Virus record (IMG/VR): IMGVR_UViG_3300036832_001373
Coordinates: 64,001 to 128,000 of that record
Strand: one strand, 5' to 3'
Length of the DNA stretch: 64,000 bases
Source of the DNA: a virus
Translations under genes and position numbers: made by a program
The notes under the pieces: model-generated
What the model saw: the letters and a program-made list of their open reading frames with translations, nothing else
Databases searched by the model: none
What the model was told of the DNA's origin: nothing
Part shown: one piece after another, positions 9,736 through 19,209 of the stretch
How positions within the stretch are numbered: position 1 is the stretch's first letter
How the letters are laid out: each line of letters starts with the position of its first letter

Positions 9736-11127
9736 CTAGATCACTATAAAAGGTGAGTAGTCAGAAAACTCTTCGTGACGGTAATCTACCATTACCATAT
9801 AAATGTAGGGGTAATTTAGTTGGATAGGAGCAGAATGGCTTTCGTAATGTCTATACCTATGGTCGAACATTTTAATAAACAGTGTCATATCAGCAACAAC
9901 TACTGGTGCAGAATGGTCAACATAATTATGAGTTGTGTGGTCAGCTATTATTAAATACATATTCATAGGCTCTCTATAGCGACCTAAGAAAGCCTGGAGA
10001 ACTAAAGGTACCGATGCTAATTTATAAAACGTATCTAGTAGTAAACCATAAATTTCTTCGTCGTATATGTCAAACTTATTTAAGTCGTAAGTGACTACTA
10101 CGTGGTTTGTTGGATAGTAACCAGTATCAACAGTGTGTCCATCATTGGACACACAAAAGTACTCATCACCAATAAGTTTTAATGTTCCTGGTCTGCTAGG
10201 ATCCCTGCCAAGATGGCATAAGCCACCAGGAAGAACAAAATCTCTGTAGTCATTGGTCCAAGTTGCATCTACGTATAAATGCGTATCGTATACATATGCT
10301 AGAAAATCAATAAAATATTGAGTTCCAGCATATAGAAGAAACTCTTTCCACTCATAGGCTAACCGTCTTCTAGACTCATTGTCCAGAAGACTTATGTTAA
10401 GATAACATCCTACTGTTTCAATAAAAGGACCAAGGAAATCTGGAGGCATTCGGTCCCATCGTCTTAGGTCTCCTGCTCTTTGCGTCAGGTACGTAGACTC
10501 TGAGACTACAAATTTCCTCATATCCTTCATAAATGCACTAAGAAGAGTAGATTGTCTAAAGTAATTCGGAGTATATACTACGGAATTGTAATCAGTACCT
10601 AAAGGTATATGCATTTGCCATTCATCTGATGGCAATATCCATTTAGGAAATGGTGTTATAATATCAATACCTACAGTACTAACGTGATACTGTGGATCTT
10701 CGTTTAATACAGCCATCCCACCTAGAGGGGACGTAATAACAAAACCTTTAAATACTCCACCCTGACCTAAGTCAGACCATTTAAACTTTGATAATGTAGC
10801 ATACCACTCATCTTGATCAACATTCTGATGATCAGGGTCATCACCCTCACACCATAAAGTTAAAGTATCTTCAGGAGCATAGTTTTGATTAATAGCATTA
10901 AGAGTTACAATTGTAGGAGTTAGGGTAAGAAAACTATGAGCAAAGATAGTAACTTTACCAAAACTTACAAGTAAACTTGGTATAGATCCAGACGGACCAA
11001 TATTTAGTGCGTAGTCATTAGTTAGATCAATAGACCAATCATTAGTACCATCTACCGAATAATTGGTAAAACCGCTACCTATAAAAGAGGTAGCCCATAT
11101 AGTTACCTTACCTTGATAAACTGTCAT
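9736..11127 (-). CDS. Baseplate wedge protein (gp7/P2 gpI-like)
   Basis: Lies between the gp6-like gene and the fibres; WDRMPPDFL...RRRLAYEW..FL..AGT resembles tail protein I. Confidence 0.6.
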   Translation of the reverse strand: MTVYQGKVTIWATSFIGSGFTNYSVDGTNDWSIDLTNDYALNIGPSGSIPSLLVSFGKVTIFAHSFLTLTPTIVTLNAINQNYAPEDTLTLWCEGDDPDHQNVDQDEWYATLSKFKWSDLGQGGVFKGFVITSPLGGMAVLNEDPQYHVSTVGIDIITPFPKWILPSDEWQMHIPLGTDYNSVVYTPNYFRQSTLLSAFMKDMRKFVVSESTYLTQRAGDLRRWDRMPPDFLGPFIETVGCYLNISLLDNESRRRLAYEWKEFLLYAGTQYFIDFLAYVYDTHLYVDATWTNDYRDFVLPGGLCHLGRDPSRPGTLKLIGDEYFCVSNDGHTVDTGYYPTNHVVVTYDLNKFDIYDEEIYGLLLDTFYKLASVPLVLQAFLGRYREPMNMYLIIADHTTHNYVDHSAPVVVADMTLFIKMFDHRYRHYESHSAPIQLNYPYIYMVMVDYRHEEFSDYSPFIVI

Positions 11128-13370
11128 CTGTCACTAGCAGTCATCTGAATATTTAAACTTGTTAGGTATACGTACTGATCTGTATCTACAGGGGTATCAG
11201 CCCCTTGAACTGGATTTATAAAAACGTGATAGTCTACTCCAGGAACTGAAGATACAACTCTTCCGTAGTCAGAGAATTTTATCGACTTAGATATAGATCC
11301 TTTTTTAATCTTTAAGAGATCTGTTATTGTTTTAGATACTTGAGCTAAGACAGTATTTCTACTATAGGCGGGGTTGTAAAAAACCTGTAGAGAAAGATCC
11401 GCTCTAACCATCCTACATGAAGAGTAACTAAACTGAGTTGTAAAGTGGTTTGTATTAAGTATAAAGGAAGCAACCTCAGATTGCTGAGTTGTAGTCAGAT
11501 TTCCAGCATAGTATTGAGCACTTATTATAGCATTTGTAGCAAGATTATTAGGATATCGTAAAACTACTCCAGAAGTATTATAATCAATAGTAGAGGAATT
11601 AGGAGCTATTTGTACCTCAATTTCAGAAACTTTGCAGTAGCTAGAAGCTCCATAAGTTCCGTTTATCTGAAATCTCAAATATGTATAGGCAGTATTATTA
11701 TTTAGAGCGTACCAATTAGTATAACCTTCAACTCCAGGCTCTGGAGGATACACATTTCCTCTGATCGGAATCCAGTCAGGCTGAAAGTTTATTGAAGGAG
11801 GAGTACCTGGAGGAGCTGTTACCAAGCTAGACCCATTAGACCCCCAACAACTTATACTATCTGGAAACGATCTATCATCTAAAAGAGTATCATTAGAAGC
11901 TCTAAATCTAAAACTTTTAGGTACTTGTTGTGACCCACCTGAGAATATGATCATTATGTATAATGGATTAGTTAAAGAAGGAGAAAATCCAGAAGTCCAT
12001 GCTGTATCAGGTGAACCGTCAATAACATTACTAATAGTAGTTCCAATATCAGATGTAGCATATATGTTAGTATCAGGAGTTAATAGAGTATCAAACGAAA
12101 CTCTTGGAGAAGTTAGGACTCCGTATCCATCTATATCAGAGAAAACTATCTTAGAATTACTCCCTGGATCATTATTACTAAATAATGAAGATCCTGGAAT
12201 TGGAAGACTCTGACTTAGAGTTACAACAAAAGTTGAAGTATAACCGTCAGCTGTAGCTAGCTGACCGTCAGAATAGGATAAAATTGTTGAAAGAACTCCT
12301 CCCCAGAATGCTCTATTCATCATATCTAAAGTACCTAAACCTACCATAATAGCTTGTTCGTATTCTCCCCACACCCTAGCATCATCCATAGCAACAGGGC
12401 AGTCGGCACCAAGCAACTGACCAATATAGTCATCACGTCTAACCGACCGTTCATTAGCAGCATACAAACGAGGAGTGACATACTTAATACTGTCCAAGTC
12501 CTCTTCATCGGATCCTCCGGAAGCAACTGTAGTGGTACTACAAGTAATAAGTAATCCAACTCCCTCTGATACTACTATCGTATCATTCAATAGAACAGTA
12601 TCTCCTATTGAAGCGTTATTTCCTTGAGCTCCTAAAGTAGTAGTATATAGAACCTGAATTGTATTTCCAGAAGCTGGAATAACTCCGTAAATACCATTTC
12701 CAAACAGTATTAAAACTCGTCCATCTGGAGATGTCGTAGGGATAAAAACTTGATCTGTTGCTAGGTACTTTACAAAAGTTCCGATACCTTGAGCCCAATA
12801 CTCATTGTTGATAAATACTCGAACTGTATCTTGATCAACCTCATACTGATTTCCAACTAACCATCTTTGAAATTTTTCTCCGGTAGAAGTAAAAGAGATA
12901 GAGTTTTGAATACCTTCAAATACTTCAATTGAGATTTCTGTATCTGAATAACTTATCAAGTAATCACTTCTAGTATGCCAAGTCATGTTTCTACAAGTGA
13001 ATTGAGTATAAGCAGGTATTGTAATTGATTTTTGCGCAGGAGATATCTGTTGACTAAAGTCTGGAAATCCATCTCCAGAAACAATCTTAACAGTTTGCTG
13101 AGCTCCCATACGCCTTCTAGGAGAAATACCTAAAGTACTAGCAATCGCGTATCCAGCACTTTTCAAAAAAGCGAATGGAGTAAAGTTGTTTAAATCCCTT
13201 GTAACTTGAGAATAATTTAGCATAGCAACAACCCCAGCCAACGTATTTGAAAGAAGCACTATAGTTTGATCTGGGAAACCTGCCGACAATAAATCGCTTT
13301 CATTAGCGATTTTAGACTGCATCTCTACGGCTAGAGATGCGTAATCTGTGTTGAGACCAGATAGCTCCAA
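11124..13370 (-). CDS. gp6: Baseplate wedge protein (T4 gp6/P2 J-like)
   Basis: ILFGNGIYGVIP, YTTTLGAQGN, SGGSDEEDLDSIK...RSVRRDDY and terminal VPGVDY motifs; carries an internal discoidin-like insertion. Confidence 0.88.
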   Translation of the reverse strand: MELSGLNTDYASLAVEMQSKIANESDLLSAGFPDQTIVLLSNTLAGVVAMLNYSQVTRDLNNFTPFAFLKSAGYAIASTLGISPRRRMGAQQTVKIVSGDGFPDFSQQISPAQKSITIPAYTQFTCRNMTWHTRSDYLISYSDTEISIEVFEGIQNSISFTSTGEKFQRWLVGNQYEVDQDTVRVFINNEYWAQGIGTFVKYLATDQVFIPTTSPDGRVLILFGNGIYGVIPASGNTIQVLYTTTLGAQGNNASIGDTVLLNDTIVVSEGVGLLITCSTTTVASGGSDEEDLDSIKYVTPRLYAANERSVRRDDYIGQLLGADCPVAMDDARVWGEYEQAIMVGLGTLDMMNRAFWGGVLSTILSYSDGQLATADGYTSTFVVTLSQSLPIPGSSLFSNNDPGSNSKIVFSDIDGYGVLTSPRVSFDTLLTPDTNIYATSDIGTTISNVIDGSPDTAWTSGFSPSLTNPLYIMIIFSGGSQQVPKSFRFRASNDTLLDDRSFPDSISCWGSNGSSLVTAPPGTPPSINFQPDWIPIRGNVYPPEPGVEGYTNWYALNNNTAYTYLRFQINGTYGASSYCKVSEIEVQIAPNSSTIDYNTSGVVLRYPNNLATNAIISAQYYAGNLTTTQQSEVASFILNTNHFTTQFSYSSCRMVRADLSLQVFYNPAYSRNTVLAQVSKTITDLLKIKKGSISKSIKFSDYGRVVSSVPGVDYHVFINPVQGADTPVDTDQYVYLTSLNIQMTASDR

Positions 13371-13382
13371 TGGTATATCCTC

Positions 13383-13841
13383 CTACTGGCCGACTTGCGT
13401 TGACAGAGACCTTACATAGGTTACAATTTGATCGTTAGAAAGAATTTGATAAACGATGTACGCATTATAGAAATGGATATCATAGTAAGGAATAACAATA
13501 GAAGGCTGTACTTGCACTCTAACTCTTGGTTCCCATCTCTCAATAGCTTCTATGATTGAAATTTTTAGCCTGTATGCTGTCAAATCGTTCATTGGTTCAA
13601 ATAATATACTTTTTATCCTACTTCCAAAATCTCTATTGAACATAAAGCTACCAACTGGGCACTCCAGGATGTTATCAATATTCTCATTTAATGCGTCAGC
13701 TCCAGTAACTACGATCTGATTGGAGCGTTGTTGAAACCGTCTTTCTAGATCATTAAAGAAATATAATTGAGGTGGTAAGTTTTTATTAGTGATATTACCT
13801 GGTCTGGCAGCGTCTCTAGTGAAAGGAAGGGCTAGTGCCAT
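13383..13841 (-). CDS. gp25: Baseplate wedge/sheath initiator (gp25-like)
   Basis: NIDNILECPVGSFMFNRDFGSRIKSILFEP...IERWEPRV signature. Confidence 0.92.
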   Translation of the reverse strand: MALALPFTRDAARPGNITNKNLPPQLYFFNDLERRFQQRSNQIVVTGADALNENIDNILECPVGSFMFNRDFGSRIKSILFEPMNDLTAYRLKISIIEAIERWEPRVRVQVQPSIVIPYYDIHFYNAYIVYQILSNDQIVTYVRSLSTQVGQ

Positions 13842-13847
13842 GTTAGA

Positions 13848-14975
13848 TTACCCATCCATATCTGTCAAGGAAATCATCCAATTCCAAGCATTAGTCGGAG
13901 CTTTTGATGACCATTTCCCATCATTCTTATCGTTTCTTGATCCATCTTGTTTTATTACAGTTGTAGCAGGAGCATCAGCTCGAGCAGTACTAGAAGCTCC
14001 AACATTACGAGTATACGTCTGTCCTACGTTATGTGTATAATTTTGCTTATGTGAGAAATTTACGTCTTTAGAGACTGTAGAAGCGTGTTCATCTTTGAAA
14101 GTTTCTGTAACTTTTCCTTGAACAGTATTTTGATGTTGACCTGCTACAGTCCAAGTAATATCTCCTTTTACAGTATCTTTTCCTTCAGGAGGTTGTTCTG
14201 AAGTTCCTCCTCCACCAGAACTTCCGCCAGAAGCAGCAAAGGTAGCAGCTGATCCACCTCCTCCATTGCTTCCTCCACCCCCTTGAATCTGAGTAGGACC
14301 ACCGCTTTCTCCCCAACCTTTGGTCCTATCATGTTTAGTATCTTGGATATCCCAAGAAACTTTTGGGGATTTAATTATAACTTCAGAAAGCTTGGTCCAA
14401 TCAATATTCAAAGTTTTCTTTTTCATATCGACATGGTAAAGATTACCAAGAGGGTCCTTGTGCCCATAATGATCCTTTTGGTTAAATCCACTATCTTGAC
14501 CAGTACCTCCACTTCCACCACTATCTCCACCACCACTTCCAGTATCTAGCTGACCAGATCCGCCACTACCTCCACCACTACCACCTCCTGATCCCCCACT
14601 CCCACTACCAGAACTATCTCCACTAAATTCTTTGATTTTACCTGGGGTAGAGTACGGTGCTCCATTTACTAGAGGAGAGTACTTATCAGCTCCGTGAGCT
14701 CTAGCCTTCATCATAGCTCCCTTTTGAGGGAGTCCAAATGTCGACTGCTCAGCGTTATTTCCAAATCCAGGAGAACGTTCTAGTTGAGCCCAAGGAAGAT
14801 GCTCATCAGGTATACCAGAGTTTTCATCTCCATGTAATTCAGGAACTCTAAATTTTACACGACCTTGTTTCTTAGGGTCTGGATACTTATGAGGATCTAT
14901 AACGGTACCGTACCTAGTATCCTCTGAAGGATTATTCTTGGCACCAGTATCGAGCCCTGGCATCACGAACGACAT
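13848..14975 (-). CDS. Baseplate central spike (gp5/gpV-like OB fold plus beta repeats, no lysozyme domain)
   Basis: DP.KQGRVKFRVPELHG...LPWA OB-fold motif; C-terminal 8-residue V-G/T beta repeats; Gly/Ser linkers. Confidence 0.8.
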   Translation of the reverse strand: MSFVMPGLDTGAKNNPSEDTRYGTVIDPHKYPDPKKQGRVKFRVPELHGDENSGIPDEHLPWAQLERSPGFGNNAEQSTFGLPQKGAMMKARAHGADKYSPLVNGAPYSTPGKIKEFSGDSSGSGSGGSGGGSGGGSGGSGQLDTGSGGGDSGGSGGTGQDSGFNQKDHYGHKDPLGNLYHVDMKKKTLNIDWTKLSEVIIKSPKVSWDIQDTKHDRTKGWGESGGPTQIQGGGGSNGGGGSAATFAASGGSSGGGGTSEQPPEGKDTVKGDITWTVAGQHQNTVQGKVTETFKDEHASTVSKDVNFSHKQNYTHNVGQTYTRNVGASSTARADAPATTVIKQDGSRNDKNDGKWSSKAPTNAWNWMISLTDMDG

Positions 14976-14989
14976 TGTTACATCTCCTT

Positions 14990-15505
14990 TTAGAGGCCAT
15001 GTTCCTTTGGAAACTCTTTACCAAAGAAGTCTTTATTATCTTCCCACTCTCGTCTAGGATAAGCTAGTATCTGATGAGAATACTGAGGTGCTGGAGCTTG
15101 GTCAGCTAAACTACGTAGACCTTTAAATTTCTCTAATTTATCATGTATATGATTCATAATATCTGAATGGTTTCTTTTAATATGATCAATCGCACTCTGA
15201 TAATTAGGATCAGACTTATCCATAGCTGCGAATTTTAGAGTATGAACTGAGTTAATTCCTTTTTGGTAATCCTTCATTATATGAGGGAGAGCAAATCTAT
15301 TAGCTCCTTCCCTATCAATTGATTTAACCTGATTGTTTAGGTGACTCTCTATTTCATTTTGTTTAGCAAAAACTCCAGGCATAGAAGCTGCTACATTTTG
15401 AAGTTTCTTATGAAACTCGTCTGATTTCTGGGCCTTTTTAGCACCAAGTCTAGCACTAAAATCAACGACGTCACCTTCTAGAATAGTTAGTATGTGACTC
15501 ATCAT
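14990..15505 (-). CDS. Putative internal head protein
   Basis: Basic, His-rich protein beginning MSHILTILE, the leader shared with other genes (see findings). Confidence 0.5.
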   Translation of the reverse strand: MMSHILTILEGDVVDFSARLGAKKAQKSDEFHKKLQNVAASMPGVFAKQNEIESHLNNQVKSIDREGANRFALPHIMKDYQKGINSVHTLKFAAMDKSDPNYQSAIDHIKRNHSDIMNHIHDKLEKFKGLRSLADQAPAPQYSHQILAYPRREWEDNKDFFGKEFPKEHGL

Positions 15506-16662
15506 GCTAACCCTAGATCCAAGCCTGCATCGTAGTCCGCTCCTTGACGTATTAGCGTATAGTTTTTCGTCACAGCAGTAGGTAAAATCATTGTTGAAAC
15601 TTCAGAAACAAAGTAGGATCCTTGAAATGGGGTAATAATTCCATCGTTTAAAACGAGAGAGTGAGGTTCCAGTAGAACATGATCTAGTAGTAATGCAGAT
15701 CTAGGGTACCGTGCTAGTATCTTAGCTTGAGTTGAGTACATACATTTAAATCTCAAATTTTGAACAGCAGCTCTATTGTAATTTGGGTGCTGATTGTCAG
15801 ACTTAAATGGCATAGTAGTAGCTCTCTGACTACCTATAGCATCAGATGCTATATTAGATAAAGAAGAAGCTAGTTGACCAATATCAGCGCTAACATCACC
15901 AAATCCTTTATCCAAATCGTACTCACCATTAGTAGAGCCATAGCCACCTAGAGTATTCAAGGTGCCAGAAATAGTTTCAAAAGTTGCATCAATTGTATCG
16001 TACATAATATCGTTAGCTGCTGGAGTATAATCTTGTGCGTATCTATTTAAAAACTTCCAAGAAGTACCACCACCAGATCTCGCATTAACATCATACATAC
16101 GAAGGGAACCATTAGCAAGAATAGCAATAACGAAACAAGAGAAATTAGAAGCCCAAGAGTGTGGAACTGTTTGAAAAATAAAGTCAATCCCTCTCTCGTT
16201 AGTACGCAACCAATACTGTACGTCAGAAGTTGCATCACAGTCTGGGGATAGCCCAGCGTCCCCTGCACAAGCAGCTATAGCATTAGCAGATGAAGTCTTA
16301 CCGTAGGACTTAATCCTAGCTCTAAACAAGTCATTAGCATCTAATCTTAATGAAAGAAAGTACTTAAACTCTGAGGTACCAGACCAAAGTCTTGAGTTAA
16401 ATACTTTCATTTTATAAAAACTAACATCAGGAGGATCCATTTGCATATCTGTAAGTGTAATATAAACTGGAGTACCGTCTACTGGAGGATTATCAAATAC
16501 GTATTTAGGACCACATGCAAATATAAATTCTCCAGTAGGATACTTAGCTTTACAACTCTCCATTATATCAATACGATCCAAGGCAGCCTGAGTCCAATCA
16601 ATAGACTCTCCTCTAATAGTTACTTCTAGAGCAAATCTATTTACGAGTAAACGAGTTCCCAT
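15502..16662 (-). CDS. Baseplate hub protein (gp27/gpD-like)
   Basis: Position upstream of the spike gene, 386 aa, C-terminal GSYFVSEVST...YTLIR motif. Confidence 0.65.
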   Translation of the reverse strand: MGTRLLVNRFALEVTIRGESIDWTQAALDRIDIMESCKAKYPTGEFIFACGPKYVFDNPPVDGTPVYITLTDMQMDPPDVSFYKMKVFNSRLWSGTSEFKYFLSLRLDANDLFRARIKSYGKTSSANAIAACAGDAGLSPDCDATSDVQYWLRTNERGIDFIFQTVPHSWASNFSCFVIAILANGSLRMYDVNARSGGGTSWKFLNRYAQDYTPAANDIMYDTIDATFETISGTLNTLGGYGSTNGEYDLDKGFGDVSADIGQLASSLSNIASDAIGSQRATTMPFKSDNQHPNYNRAAVQNLRFKCMYSTQAKILARYPRSALLLDHVLLEPHSLVLNDGIITPFQGSYFVSEVSTMILPTAVTKNYTLIRQGADYDAGLDLGLA

Positions 16663-16663
16663 A

Positions 16664-16879
16664 CTACTTGTTTTCTTGCTTCTCTTTTAACTGCTTCTCA
16701 AGCTCTAAAATTCTCTCATTAAGTTTTGCTACTTCAGCACCACAGAGTGCAGCTTCATTAGCTGCTCTATCTCTCTGATTTTGTAAAGGAATAAGTAAGT
16801 ATTTAGGATCAACTTGTTGAGCTAAACCAAATAAAGTACTTGAAATAAAGAGAGTAAGAACTATTACTATATACTTCAT
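16664..16879 (-). CDS. Small signal-peptide coiled-coil protein
   Basis: Likely start ATG at 16879 in an ATGA overlap: MKYIVIVLTLFISSTLFGLA-QQ followed by a coiled coil. Confidence 0.7.
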   Translation of the reverse strand: MKYIVIVLTLFISSTLFGLAQQVDPKYLLIPLQNQRDRAANEAALCGAEVAKLNERILELEKQLKEKQENK

Positions 16880-17967
16880 GGGCAAGTTGCCTTTTTGTAA
16901 AAGTTTCCAGAAGAGTCCACACAAACATATAAACCACCTCCACCAGCACCACTAGGTAGGGTAAAAGTAGCACCACCGGTAGGTCCTATTGAAAAACCAT
17001 GTCCGTTAATCTGAGAAATTGAATAAGTCCCAGTAAACGTCATACCAACTGGAGTTGTTGAATTTTCTTTGAAACCAGCTTGAGAATGTGTAGTGGCTAA
17101 TAAACATCCGACACAAACTGCTACCAATGATGAACTGTCATTAATATCAATATCAGCAACATCTGCTATACGTGTTCCATTGAACAAGAGAGCATAATGA
17201 GATCCTACTCCAGAGCCAGCCTGACCACCATCAGTTATAGCTACATACGCAGTAACAGGATTGGATATCTGTCCACTGATAAATAATCCATAACAATTCC
17301 TTATAGCAATAGCACAATCTGCACCTTGATTAGAAATATCTAACTCTGTATTAACCTTAAAACCACCAGTATCTCCAGCATGAAGAACAAAATCTATAGA
17401 TTGTGCCCAGCTAGCTCCACCAGAATTGGAATCTGTAACAGTCGAGATAAAATTACATACCTTATTATCAGAGAAATTACCTGGACCAACCGGAGTACCA
17501 CCTTTACCTGAATTTAAATTACAGTCAACCGTCATAATATATTCAGCTATACTAGAGTCCTGAGTTGTAGTACCTTTTAAATAAAAGGCTGATCTTTGGT
17601 GATCCCCTTCAAGACATCCAATCAATGGACAATTTGTAAAAATAGCTCCACTGCCAGACATCCAGAGACCGTTATTCGGAAGAGTAGTATCAGGACAAGT
17701 TGTGCTACTACAAATTGACGCCGTAATCGTAGCTGGTGTGGTTAATTGATTTGGTAGTATAACGGATCCAGTAGTAGCATCAAGTTTACTCATGAAAGCT
17801 TGGTTTAGACTAAGAGGATTAGCTGGAGAAGTATTTTGACATATTGGATTTGGATAATTGGCACATAGAGGTGCTCCTTCAACAAATCCTGGATTACTTT
17901 GTGCCAATACAGATGGTATCCACAGAAATATTGTTAATATACTCAGTACTAGTTTATCCCAAGACAT
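16876..17967 (-). CDS. Cys-rich, beta-rich fibre/spike-like protein with Sec signal peptide
   Basis: MSWDKLVLSILTIFLWIPSVLA-QS leader; many Cys; C-terminal LP...YVCVDSSGNFYK fibre-type motif. Confidence 0.6.
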   Translation of the reverse strand: MSWDKLVLSILTIFLWIPSVLAQSNPGFVEGAPLCANYPNPICQNTSPANPLSLNQAFMSKLDATTGSVILPNQLTTPATITASICSSTTCPDTTLPNNGLWMSGSGAIFTNCPLIGCLEGDHQRSAFYLKGTTTQDSSIAEYIMTVDCNLNSGKGGTPVGPGNFSDNKVCNFISTVTDSNSGGASWAQSIDFVLHAGDTGGFKVNTELDISNQGADCAIAIRNCYGLFISGQISNPVTAYVAITDGGQAGSGVGSHYALLFNGTRIADVADIDINDSSSLVAVCVGCLLATTHSQAGFKENSTTPVGMTFTGTYSISQINGHGFSIGPTGGATFTLPSGAGGGGLYVCVDSSGNFYKKATCP

Positions 17968-18439
17968 TTGTACCTCCTAACTTGCTTTCTCCTAGAGTAA
18001 AAGTCTGAGAAGGAGTTGCAGCGACTCTCCTAGAACTAGGAGGACTTCCTTGTGGAACAACTGGAGTGGAAGTAAATTTTATCAATCTAAGCTGAGTAGT
18101 TCTCTGATTAATCTGAGATAAGAAACTGGATATATCGTCAGAACTTGGTATGTAAATATTAGTTCCAATTTCAATTTCAGTATCAGGAGTTATCATTTGA
18201 TTAGCAATTGATAGTATCCACCACAAGTCGTGTGTACCGTATTCTTGATGTGAAATTAAGTCTGGTACACCCTCCTTGGCAGCATCAATTCTACGAACTT
18301 GTCCAATAGAATTTCTTAAAAAGTAAGGTAAGTCTGTCCAGAAGAATGTGTAGGGGTCTAATATAGTATTCCCATTTGGATCAACAGCTGTCTTAAAGAA
18401 GTTATCTATTGAATATGGACGAGTTACGTTTGTAGCCAT
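17954..18439 (-). CDS. Baseplate wedge LysM-like protein (gp53-like)
   Basis: EGVPDLISHQEYGTHDLWWILSIAN...GTNIYIP motif. Confidence 0.85.
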   Translation of the reverse strand: MATNVTRPYSIDNFFKTAVDPNGNTILDPYTFFWTDLPYFLRNSIGQVRRIDAAKEGVPDLISHQEYGTHDLWWILSIANQMITPDTEIEIGTNIYIPSSDDISSFLSQINQRTTQLRLIKFTSTPVVPQGSPPSSRRVAATPSQTFTLGESKLGGTNVLG

Positions 18440-19197
18440 TATTCTGTCAGGAATGGAGGAGGTCTTGCCTCACCTGGATTAGTCGTACCTACCCCAGCAG
18501 GTAACAATATGTCCATCATATCATTTTGTGTAAGAGAGTACACAGTCTTAAAGCTAACATAGCAAGTTCCCTCCATAGGGAGACCACCAGGATCCACTCC
18601 TGGAACCGTTGCACTTAGTTTCCCTTTGAAGGCAATCTGATCTAGACTAGATATAAATACTTCCTTCAATCTTATAAAATTACCTATATACACATTAATG
18701 ATATCAGGTTCGTTATTAAACTTGAAAGCACTAGGGAGATGTTCACTCACTTGTCCTGGATCAACTCTCGGACCTGGAGGTATTAGTCCGAACAGAGTAT
18801 TATTACCTCCTCTTTTTCTAGGTAACGCCATTCTAATCAAATTTCTTATTGGTCTAACTACTTCGTCAGTTGAACTTGATACAGCAAAGAAATGTAGAGG
18901 TAATATTACTTCTAACGGCATTGACCCAGTCCAAGACTGGGCAGTTAAGTATTGAGCAAATGGTACAGATCCAGTAATAATATTACCTACAAAACTAGTA
19001 AGAGCGTCTAGACCATTTGTAAGAACAGTATTCCAATTGGATTGAACTTTCATAGCTATCTCATCAGGTAGCCAAGCTTGAACCGATCCGTATACAGATG
19101 AGGTTATTATAACTAAGTAAAACTTATTCTGACCGAATAGTTTAGTAACTCCCCAATCCCCATAATCAACTATTCGTGCTGGTAGTTGGTCTGGCAT
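18439..19197 (-). CDS. Baseplate/tail-tube junction protein (gp48/54-like)
   Basis: Follows the tape measure; tube-fold-like segments (WTGSMPLEVILPLHF, VYIGNFIRLKEVFISS, GLPMEG). Confidence 0.6.
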   Translation of the reverse strand: MPDQLPARIVDYGDWGVTKLFGQNKFYLVIITSSVYGSVQAWLPDEIAMKVQSNWNTVLTNGLDALTSFVGNIITGSVPFAQYLTAQSWTGSMPLEVILPLHFFAVSSSTDEVVRPIRNLIRMALPRKRGGNNTLFGLIPPGPRVDPGQVSEHLPSAFKFNNEPDIINVYIGNFIRLKEVFISSLDQIAFKGKLSATVPGVDPGGLPMEGTCYVSFKTVYSLTQNDMMDILLPAGVGTTNPGEARPPPFLTE

Positions 19198-19209
19198 TTT
19201 AACCTCTCG

